Part shown: piece by piece, positions 24,296 to 35,704 of the stretch | Numbering within the stretch: position 1 is the first letter of the stretch | Layout: each line of letters opens with the position of its first letter | Assembly (NCBI RefSeq): GCF_001194135.2 | Contig: NC_068992.1 | Span: forward strand, 45,357,500 to 45,404,819 | DNA: 47,320 nt | DNA from: Octopus bimaculoides | Taxonomy: Eukaryota | Direction of reading: 5' to 3' | Made by a program: the position numbers and the translations under genes | Notes under the pieces: model-generated | The model's database searches: none | Told to the model about the DNA's origin: nothing | The model's input: the letters and a program-made list of their open reading frames with translations, nothing else

Positions 24296-24869
24296 ACGGA
24301 TATTATACAGTATATGATAAGTAATTGTCTATTGATCTTTCTGTTAGGAACATGATTTATTAACCCTAGACATTTTGAATGAAGGCTATCAAGATGAATT
24401 TACATTTTTTTTTTGCTGTGTTTCAAATCGAACGTTAAACATTATTCATGGAATACTCTTTCTATCTCTTTTGTTTGTGGATATTTTCTTTAAGTTACAA
24501 AATATAAGAAACATGGAGCGTGGAGAACCTTGATAAAATTACGTCTAATTTAACTTGACTCACGTCTGATAAATTAATTACCGCACCTAAAAGCAGATGA
24601 AAGAAGGCTAATATAATAAAAACATGTTTGTGTACTACACTCAATGTTAATTTCGTATGTGACTTATTAAACCTACATAACTGAAGATCCAAATACCAAA
24701 TCTTGTTAGACAGTAACTAATGGTTTGGGGAAATAACGTCCTCTCTTGAAGTACAAGTTATTTTCATAATTTGATATTGTAGGTGTCATTAGCTCTTTAC
24801 CAAATGAGGTACGATTGAATGCCCAAGGCATGCATTCATTATCGTTATCACGATCATCAGTATAATCCA

Positions 24870-25110
24870 GCTGGATTGGTAAAATCTTTAGAACGTCAAA
24901 GAAAAGGCGTTTAGTTATTTGATTGGTTCTTAACGTTTCGAGTTCAAATCACGTCATGGTCAAATTCTATTTACTATCCTTCGAAGGTCGATACAGTAAG
25001 TACCAGTCGAGTAATGGAGTTGATGTACGCGACTAACCCCTCTCATGATATTTTAAGCCTTGCTCCTATACCAGAAAGGATTATTATTATTATTATTATT
25101 ATTATTATTT
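24870..25110 (+). mobile_element. Degenerate SINE family A with (ATT)n tail
   Basis: gagttcaaatcac...ggtcgatacagtaagtaccagtcgagta...gatgtacgcgact...gccttgctcc. Confidence 0.7.
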
Positions 25111-25404
25111 GTTGAAGCAACTGGAGATCTACGTCAAACTGCAGGGAAAGGTAATTTTTACTGGATTATCACACATACAAAAACAAGCAAAAAGCATGAA
25201 AAGAAAACTGACAATCTGAACTAAAAATATACATTCATTACTTGACATAGAACAAAAGAGTTTGTGTTTAGGTATTTTTACAATTTACATGTACTTTTAG
25301 AAACTTCGTTTGATATATTTACAGACAATGGAAGGTAGAAGACTAAACCAAAAGAAATGCAGATCTATCGACTTCCTCAGTCTTCATTCTGCTATTCGAC
25401 AAGT

Positions 25405-25510
25405 GCCGCATTCAGAGCCGTTTAACAAAAATGATCTGAATGATTTGGTTAAATCTAAGCAAAGAATCAGCAGAACTTTTGACATGTAGGCTCAGCGAAA
25501 AACGCCTTTT
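25405..25510 (+). mobile_element. DNA transposase relic, Chapaev3/CMC-like
   Basis: EPFNKNDLNDLV, frameshift, NLSKESAELLTCRLSEKRL matches the FxQxELNDLVRDLxLSKxxAELLxSRLxExxL segment; superfamily assignment from memory. Confidence 0.5.
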
Positions 25511-25728
25511 CTCTTCTTATGGTCGCTGTGTTGTGCTTCCAATAGAGTAACATTCTACTATACTGAAACATTCATGAAAATAGCTACGACGAAGAAAAAT
25601 AAAATTTGAAGGAAATTCACTGCAAAACATTAGAAATACTTAATGAAGTATGGTCTGTTAAATTTTGCCAGCACTTACCAAAGAATAAAATATAATCCAT
25701 ATATTGTTGTCTTTGATAGGTAAATATT

Positions 25729-25805
<77 letters not shown>

Positions 25806-25853
25806 ACAACTGCTGCTGCTCTACTGCTGCTGCTGCAGCTACTGCTGCTGCAG
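25729..25853. repeat. Compound (CTA)n-(CTG)n trinucleotide repeat
   Basis: Direct reading. Confidence 0.95.
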
Positions 25854-27961
25854 CAATAGATATTTATAATAATCATTTTAATAAATTATATCGTGTGTCA
25901 GTGTGTCCCAGGGTTTTAAAGGTAAACATTAACTATAAATTCGATCAATGTGGAACTTAGTATCAAAGGTAAATAATTCTTTGATGGAGTTTATTTGGTA
26001 ATGTAATAAATAGAATATAATGAGAACAAAATAAAAATTACTTCTAAATAATGTGGATATTCATTTATATTGACGTGAAATATGAAAGACGAAGTTGTTC
26101 AGATCCACATTGAATGATTGTGCTCCAGTATAGCACTCAGATGTGATGGCCAATACAAACTAAAGTATTGAAATAACATAATAAACATTGATATATAGAA
26201 TATGCTTTATTGCTTAATTATTTCAAATTGATGACAATAGCATATGGTAGAATAAAATGGAAGTGACCCTTGATGTTTAATGGGTTTTAGAAACGGTTCA
26301 AAGAAGGAATCATTTATTGAGTCAGGCTTGTATTTGTACAATAATCAGGGGAAAATGTTTCTAATAATCGTCTCATGAAGTTTATACATTTTATTTGAAT
26401 AAGAAGGATATATCTTACTGGACTGAGTGGTGAAACGTTCAAAGTAAACAACCACGTAGTGAATAGATCCAGTCTGCTTTGGAAAAGTAATGAAGCAAGG
26501 ACCTCGGAAAACTATGAATGCCAGTTTTTTAGTATGTGGTAATGTGTAGACGTGTATGTTGTAGTGTGGGTGCGAGAAAAAGAAATAAGCATTAAAGGGA
26601 GACAGAGTATGAAGAGAGTATGAGAGAGTGAGTGAGAATGTATATGGGTGTGTCTGTGTAAGTGTGTGAGTGTGTGTATGTGTGCGTCTGTGTAAGTGTG
26701 TGTGAGTCTGTATCTGTTTGTATACGTATCAGTCTGTGATAGAACGCCTATGATTAAATTATAAAATCAATGAAGCGATATATTGATTAGATTGTCAACT
26801 GTCATGGCGTCTGACAGTTTTTAAATTAATGATTTGATCGTAGCCTATCATATATAATTCTCATACAATAATCTTCGGTTCAGTTAACAGCCATATTTTA
26901 AAGCCAACGTACAAGCAGTTAACTTGTGGTACAAATGTAAATTACAGCTACCTGTCGACTCAGACCCGAAAAGACTGAAGCTATCTAACACGAGGAAACC
27001 GAAATATCAAACAATGTTACCTGAAAATTTTGCATTCAAATATTGTGTACTTTTGGATGATTTTCTGAATATTATGTATATTGCACACAGAAAACTGCAA
27101 GTACTTAAACAAATTTGTTGTAGTGATGTTAAGGCATTTATCGTAGATGTTAGTGGTGTAACGGATTTATAGTTAGTGCAGTACCAATCAAAGCCGAGTC
27201 ACATGTTCAGTTACACCCAAATGATTTTATCAAGTACAATCTATAGTAACCAGCGTTTACTATTTCTCATAATAAAAATAGTAGGACAAAATATTATCTG
27301 TATATGACACTGATCTATTACTGCTTCATATCCATCAGGAATAAGAATCTTGATAACGAGAATTGATGGCACGCTAACAACGATTCTTTGAAAATGACAT
27401 TAATTAGATTACTGTATATATTACATTATTCAATAGAGCCAATTTTATATACAGGCCAGGTTTCAAAACGATATTTTGACAGCTAGATTCTCTACATCGA
27501 AGACACATGCACAAAGAAATTCCCTCGTTGACTGGAAGAAAACCCAGTTCCCTGTGGTAAGTAATTAATCTGATAACTGAAACTAGCTGATGACTGGGCG
27601 AGAAAATACTCAGGGTCGCCACGGTTATAAAAGCTCAAAGTCAATTTAGGGTCAGCATATTTAATGCACTGAAGAATATAAATCTAACTAATAATGCTTG
27701 TGCGATGAGCATTAACTCAATGGCTAATATTAATTAAATGTGATCGTGCCATCGCCTGTTGACGACTTTGAACGTTTAAAAATAATACATTTCTAAATCT
27801 CTCAGAGAGATTTATGCAGTAGTGATACGATGTATTATTTGTAAATTGTATTATTTCTAAAATGTATTATTTCTAAACTTGAAATCAGTGAATGTATTTC
27901 ACTAGAATTATTATATGTTTACAAGAGCTTGACAGGCATCTTCGCTAGAAAGTCATGCTAC

Positions 27962-28004
27962 TCCAGACTGATGACGAACAAACACTCAGAAACATGTATC
28001 TGGA
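27962..28004 (+). ncRNA. Minimal type-I hammerhead ribozyme motif, stem II degenerate
   Basis: Stem I TCCAGA (27962-67) / TCTGGA (27999-28004); core CTGATGA (27968-74); GAAA (27989-92); palindromic stem III ACATGT; cleavage triplet GTA ending at 27998. Confidence 0.65.
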
Positions 28005-29556
28005 TGCAGGCTTAGCTAAGTGGAGGTCTTTGTCTCACTGTTGTAAACATGAGGACATAGGAAATGTGTCAAGGCTGACAGGAAGCGGTGCAGCTTCCTA
28101 GGTCTAACCAACAGTAGTATTATTCCCTTCAGGGGACTGTCACATTAAGTTGACAGCATAGAATGACTTTGAACGTGTTTGCGTATTATTATACCTCCTC
28201 AGCAAAGTCAGAATTTCTCCATATTCACCGAATTACTAATGATAGAATATTTCTGTACAGTAGTGTAGACGACTAGGCGTCAAATAATATAATAATAAAT
28301 GGAATAGAAATTAACAAAGCGTCGCAATTGCTATTTAGCTCCAGGTCTGTCTTGATCATTCATCAGATCTATAATCAAACATTTTCAAGTCAAAAGCTTC
28401 TTGTATTATTTTTCCTGTTGTAGTGTCTCTTGGAGAACATTTATACAATATATCCCACATCGGGTTTGGTATGAAGGATATTTAGTCATGTAATTTCTTT
28501 ATGCAGAATGCCCACAAGAAGTTATCTGATTGGAAACTAATCAGTTGTCTAAATAATTATAGTCTTGTTGGTGTTTCAGTATATACTAGATTTTCCAATA
28601 GTAATTATTGTACAGCTGGCGTCGTATACTAGATGGTATTACATTGATAATTACAGTTGTTGGTATTGCTTTAATAGCAAATCTACCCATCTACGAGACG
28701 GGCATAAAATGAGGGAGGGAAGTCGTAACAGCGTATATATTGAGAAATGTATACATAGACTTGATAGATTACTGGGTGATGTCTTAGGGAAATCACATTA
28801 TTGTTGATGATACAGCATTCTATTACAGCTATATGACGTGTTTGTGACTAAGTGACATGTGATGACGATTCACTCCCGAATTGAAATAGGCTCTCAGCGT
28901 CTGCATCATGAATGGTTACGTGGACCATTCCTAACGAAAATCAGAGTTTCCTTCGACTACTACATAAAAAAAGTATTAAGAAAACAAACATGTTATTTAG
29001 ATATACTTTTATTTTAGTTGTTTACACTATTTTACACGTGTTTATACTCTTATGCAAATTTCCTTATTTAAACTATGAATCCTCTCTCTTCCTTTCGATA
29101 ATATCAAAATGATTACAAACTTCTTTGCAGACGATATTTTCTGTTTGGTCGACATTAATTTTCAAATAAGTGGAGTCTGTTGCTCTACTCATAGTGACCT
29201 ATAACTGACCATGTGTAAACATCGGAGTGAATAAAAATACAACTACAGGATCTAAAGTCTGGCTTTGGGCCTTGCTTGCTGTGAATGCGCGAGCAGAATC
29301 TTCAGTGTTTCAAAAAATCAAACTAGCACTTACCTCTCACTGTTCTATGCGAATAATGTCTGGATGTTCTGGTACTATAGGTTAAGTTGATTAACAAAAC
29401 TGAGATGTAAACAATAACCGCTTCGATTAGCCGTTTCGTATCCTGCTCGAGACAGATACACTTCAATAACCACTGAATAATCGCACACCCTATATTCTGA
29501 TACACACTTCTTTCACTTTATTTTCGCTATTAACCGTCCTCGCAAACCCCTTCGAA

Positions 29557-30130
29557 TCTACGATGGGGCCACGAACTATACGATGTAAATACAGAGTTAC
29601 ACGTGGTTGGTGAATTTGGTGGTTTCACAATTCAAAAATTGATATCCACGAAATAATCATACTTTCTGATTTTTTTTTTAATGCTAAGCCTTCCTGACTA
29701 CCGTCTTTGCAATCCTGAAATATATCGTAACTATTGATCCAGCCGTCTGCTCGTGAAGATGGAATAAACAAAGAGACAGACATAACGCCCATTATAGTAA
29801 GATAGCAAATCTGCCCATCTACGATGGGATATAAAGGGATGTTATCGCCATTTTAAACCCTCTAAATTCACGACCTATACAGGCTGGAAATTCAGAGTGA
29901 ATCCTCGTCACCGGAATTTTAACAAAAGAAAAAAAAAATCAAAGGTGATTTATTAATACAAAACTCAATATCCACTAAATAATCATACATTTCACAATTT
30001 TTTTTCTCGATAAAACAATTTCTGATTATCTCCTTCGTAATCCCGGAAAACATCGTGACCATCAGTCCAGCTGTTTGACCGTGAAGATGGAAAAGACAAA
30101 CGGATATAACGCCTTTTATAGTAAGATAGC
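29557..30130 (+). repeat. Two diverged head-to-tail copies of a ~250-310-bp element
   Basis: Shared collinear blocks tctacgatggg, cacga(a/c)ctatac, atatccac(g/t)aaataatcatac, cgtgaagatggaa, ataacgcc..ttatagtaagatagc. Confidence 0.8.
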
Positions 30131-30296
30131 CATACTAGAGTGTGTTTATAGTAGGTGTTATCGTAGTCATAGCTATATTATACTAAGTAGTATCACATTG
30201 GTAATTATAGTATTTTATGTTGTATTACAGTTATAGTTATATTGTAGAAGTGTGCTACAATACTAACTGTAGTAGGTAGTATTACAATATTAAATA

Positions 30297-30512
30297 AGGC
30301 GGTGAGCTGTAGAATCATTGGAACACCGGGCAAAATGCTTAGCGGCATTTCATCCCTCTTTATTTTATGATTTCAAATTCCGTCGATGTTGACTTTGTCT
30401 TTCATCATTTCAGGGTCAATAAAGAAGGTATCAGTCTAAGTACAGAGATCGTGGTAATCAAATTATCCACCCCTGTGAAACTGCTGGCCTTGTACCAGAT
30501 TTGAAACCAATA
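30297..30512 (+). mobile_element. SINE family A, full length, diverged
   Basis: aggcggtgagctgtagaatcatt...gggcaaaatgcttagcggcatttc...tttcaaattccg...gactttgtctttcatc...gctggccttgtaccagatttgaaac. Confidence 0.85.
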
Positions 30513-32978
30513 TTACAATATTTAATATCGGCTAGTAGATTGTATCACAGTGAATTAGTGGTATTACAGTAATAAATAAGAGGTGGTTTCAAAGTAATAA
30601 TGACACTATAGTAGGAGTATTGTATGTGATATTACAGTAATAATTGATCTCAAACAGATAACAAAATTTTTCTGACGGCAGCTCACGAAACCACACACGC
30701 ACAATAGCTGAAGGTTGCTCTCTCTAGTGTTATTGAATGTATATTTATGTTCAGACATGTTTTCTCCTATTTATTCTCGTAATTACATTAATATTATAAT
30801 TACATCGAAATCTCTATTTTCCCCAGGTAACATTTATTAATTATATTTATTAACTGGTGTTTATTAATTGTTATTATTTCTCTTATTGATTGCGTCTCCT
30901 CAATCTGTCATATCCATTCACTCAGCTTCTGCTTATATTAGATTAAACTGAACTGAATTCAATATAAGCATTTGCACTACATATATAGAAATATAGCACA
31001 CATGCATGCACGCATACATACATGCATACATACACATAGATTCATACACACCACATGTGCGTACATACGAAAAGAAACAAACCTATCACATATATGTGTA
31101 CAGATGTATATAAGTAAACGAAAAGTGTAATTTAAAGTATCTGTCTATTTGCATACGCACATATATATATATTTATATATACACCACACCCTTGTATGTA
31201 TTTCTGCGTACGCGTGCAGTTTGCGTGTGTATATGTGTGCGTGTCTTTTTGTATGGTATATACACTCATAGCTGTTTGAAAGCGTTAGATACAAACAACT
31301 TGCATACATATAAACATACATACAGACATACATGCATGCATACATATATGCATGCATACAAATGTATAATTTTATGTACATATACATATATTTAAGTACA
31401 CACATATTTATACACACATTCATACATACATATATGCATACATAAAAACAACACACATATATAAATACCAGTCTACCAACTTATACATGGATTCATATAT
31501 AAATCCATTCGTATACATGCACACATAGTTATATAAATACAAGCTTAGATGCAGACGCGCTCAGTGCACAAAGGCTTGACTCAGTACACTGTCACATCTA
31601 TTTATTATGGATCTTAGGAGCAAAATAATTAATCAAAAGTTAAAGAAACAATCCTAAACAAAAGGGAGTAAGTAACTTATTTAGTTCTTCCCTTTTCGAT
31701 TCTCTAAGCAGCACACATCTTCCAAAAATCTTACGCATTCTGAAAATTGAGAACAAAAAGTAAAGAAGAAAAAAAAATAGCTATCCTTAAATTACATTAT
31801 TCTAATTAATAATCAAACACTTTTTCTAACTTTCAAAAAATTATATTTGCTCCCAAATCAGTAGAAAATAAAATCAGAACTGATGACGATATATTTGAAT
31901 CTAAAATATGATGAGCAACGTATTGAAACCTCCATAGGTGCATATATATATATATATATATANNNNNNNNNNNNNNNNNNNNNNNNNNNNNNNNNNNNNN
32001 NNNNNNNNNNNNNNNNNNNNNNNNNNNNNNNNNNNNNNNNNNNNNNNNNNNNNNNNNNNNNNNNNNNNNNNNNNNNNNNNNNNNNNNNNNNNNNNNNNNN
32101 NNNNNNNNNNNNNNNNNNNNNNNNNNNNNNNNNNNNNNNNNNNNNNNNNNNNNNNNNNNNNNNNNNNNNNNNNNNNNNNNNNNNNNNNNNNNNNNNNNNN
32201 NNNNNNNNNNNNNNNNNNNNNNNNNNNNNNNNNNNNNNNNNNNNNNNNNNNNNNNNNNNNNNNNNNNNNNNNNNNNNNNNNNNNNNNNNNNNNNNNNNNN
32301 NNNNNNNNNNNNNNNNNNNNNNNNNNNNNNNNNNNNNNNNNNNNNNNNNNNNNNNNNNNNNNNNNNNNNNNNNNNNNNNNNNNNNNNNNNNNNNNNNNNN
32401 NNNNNNNNNNNNNNNNNNNNNNNNNNNNNNNNNNNNNNNNNNNNNNNNNNNNNNNNNNNNNNNNNNNNNNNNNNNNNNNNNNNNNNNNNNNNNNNNNNNN
32501 NNNNNNNNNNNNNNNNNNNNNNNNNNNNNNNNNNNNNNNNNNNNNNNNNNNNNNNNNNNNNNNNNNNNNNNNNNNNNNNNNNNNNNNNNNNNNNNNNNNN
32601 NNNNNNNNNNNNNNNNNNNNNNNNNNNNNNNNNNNNNNNNNNNNNNNNNNNNNNNNNNNNNNNNNNNNNNNNNNNNNNNNNNNNNNNNNNNNNNNNNNNN
32701 NNNNNNNNNNNNNNNNNNNNNNNNNNNNNNNNNNNNNNNNNNNNNNNNNNNNNNNNNNNNNNNNNNNNNNNNNNNNNNNNNNNNNNNNNNNNNNNNNNNN
32801 NNNNNNNNNNNNNNNNNNNNNNNNNNNNNNNNNNNNNNNNNNNNNNNNNNNNNNNNNNNNNNNNNNNNNNNNNNNNNNNNNNNNNNNNNNNNNNNNNNNN
32901 NNNNNNNNNNNNNNNNNNNNNNNNATATATATATATTTCGTCTTAACGTGCACCAAGATTTCAATCATACAATTTATA

Positions 32979-32996
32979 TTATTATTATTATTATTA

Positions 32997-33059
<63 letters not shown>
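32979..33059. repeat. (ATT)n microsatellite
   Basis: Direct reading. Confidence 0.95.
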
Positions 33060-33065
<6 letters not shown>

Positions 33066-33899
33066 GTTTCGGAAAATGTATCGTATTACTCCTCAAATTG
33101 CATACCTCTTATGTTGTGCGTGTGCATCTATCAGTTATATTGAGAGGAGGGGAGATTTTTGTTCATTGTTCTTCTCTACGTAGGAGAAAACTTCTAGATT
33201 TTGAAATTTTGCCGTTAGCCAATTTCACTAGATGTTTTAAACATGAAACCTACACAAGTAGTGGTACGAAGGTCCTCACATGAGTGTAGTAGCTGCATTT
33301 ACACGCCTCCCCAAACGCTTCAGATTGACAGAATGATAATCAGGAAAAAGTAAATACGGTTTGGAAATATAGAAGAATTTTCATCAAACGTCGACATCTG
33401 CACCCATCAGACACAAAAAAATTGTATAGTCAATGTTTTAATAACTAGTTTGCCATACCAAGCATTAGTGTACTGCTGAAAATAACTACTACTGGAGAAG
33501 TATATTATGCGGGAGTAGTTGTGTGTACGTGAGTGTATATGTGTTTGCATTTGTATGTGTAAAGTCCTTCTTTCAATCATTGATTGTTGAAAAGTGTAAG
33601 TGTATTTTGTCCAACGTGTTCTGTTCATTGTATGGGCATATGTAATCAAAGTATTTAAGCAGTAATGCATGACACTAGTATAGTGGTTTTAATACTCTTC
33701 AGCACCTCATAAATCGCCTTTCATGGACAATAATTTTCTCCGAATCAAAATAGCTTTTACAATTTTTTTTTATTTCTGTCCACACATACAGAATATTGGT
33801 AGCATTTGCAAGTGACTGTATGCTGAACCACAAAACATATCATTCACTTACACGCACAAACTCAAATGAATAATTAAAAGAAGCATATTAATTAATGAA

Positions 33900-34040
<141 letters not shown>

Positions 34041-34617
34041 TATCTATTTGAGTATCCATAAACACATACACTAATGTATGTATATGAGTGTCTGTATGTG
34101 AATAAATATATTGGGGTAGATGTACGTCTACAGGGAAGTAAATAGGTAAGAAGACAGATAAAGTGACTCAGCTGTGTTTATGTGTATATAAATAGTCCCT
34201 AACTCATCGGATGACATGTTCACCAAAGCAATAAAGAAAATATTTTCAATGATATTCATAATACAAATTAATAAACTACAGAAGATAAATCTCTGCTCGC
34301 GCGCACGCTCACACACGCACAAACGCACACAGATACAAATACACATTCTCCAACAAACTTGCATAAACATATGTATATAGTATATGAGGGTATGCATGAC
34401 GGTATGTGTGTTTGTACGTGTCTTTCCTATATATGCATAGCGCTAATGCTTTGGGTAAACATATATTGTTTTTAATGCATTTACATATTTTTAAATACAT
34501 ATATATATATATATATATANNNNNNNNNNNNNNNNNNNNNNNNNNNNNNNNNNNNNNNNNNNNNNNNNNNNNNNNNNNNNNNNNNNNNNNNNNNNNNNNN
34601 NNNNNNNNNNNNNNNNN

Positions 34618-34649
<32 letters not shown>

Positions 34650-34827
34650 AATAGCCCCTAACTCATCGGATGACATATTTAAATATATATATATATATTC
34701 TATCCTTGACAAACCTGTCTATCTGTATCTATCTATCTATCTTTCTATTTATCTATGTGTGTGTGTGTGCATGTGCGTGTATGTGTGAAATTATACGCGT
34801 TTATTTAGAATGGGATGTAGGAAGAAT

Positions 34828-34873
<46 letters not shown>

Positions 34874-35659
34874 GCCTTATGCAGTAGTCTTTAAACACAC
34901 CCATACTCACACTCTTACACACACAAATATCTTAGTCTATACCCTCCCTTATATGCACATATTTATATATATCTATGTATGTTTGTGTGTGTGTGTGGGG
35001 GGGAGGGTTATGTGAGTGTGTGTGTATGCGGGTGTGCATGCGTGTCTGTGTTTGCATATCTTTCTACGTGTGTGTGTGTGCGTGTGGGTGTATGTGTATG
35101 TGTGAGGGAGCATGTCGTCGTTCAGTAATCCAGAATACAGCAATCTCATCCAATATATTGATATTACGTTAACGTCAACATGTTTCTTATATTAGAAAGA
35201 AAGAAACATGTTTTTCTCTCCCCCTCTCTCTCTATCAATCCTCCCACTGAACCAATTCAAAATGGTGTACATGAAGAAATATAAGGATTCCTTCCTCGCC
35301 ACACACTCCAATATATTGTTTACATATTGATTTTTGTTTTTGGATTGGAGGATTTGCTCCCTACCTGATGACACTGGATTACTTGGCAGTGATTAAAAAT
35401 ATATTGAGTGTATGTGTTTGACATATTTAGGTCATAGTATTTCGGTGGTGGAGATGAGGGACGCGTACACGTTGCATGTATGCATAAACACGCATGTACA
35501 CCAAAGCATACCTACACGCGCATACAAACGCACAGACTAATATGTATGCGCATGTGTGTGCGTGTGTGTGTGAGTGTGCGCGTGTGTGCTTCTTTGTGTG
35601 TTGTAGTGTACGTACATACACACGCACTTATATACACACATACATAGAAACATATATAC

Positions 35660-35704
<45 letters not shown>

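Noticed and set aside
27580-27615. CTGATGA-ctgggcga-GAAA
   Set aside because: No stem II, stem III or stem I pairing.
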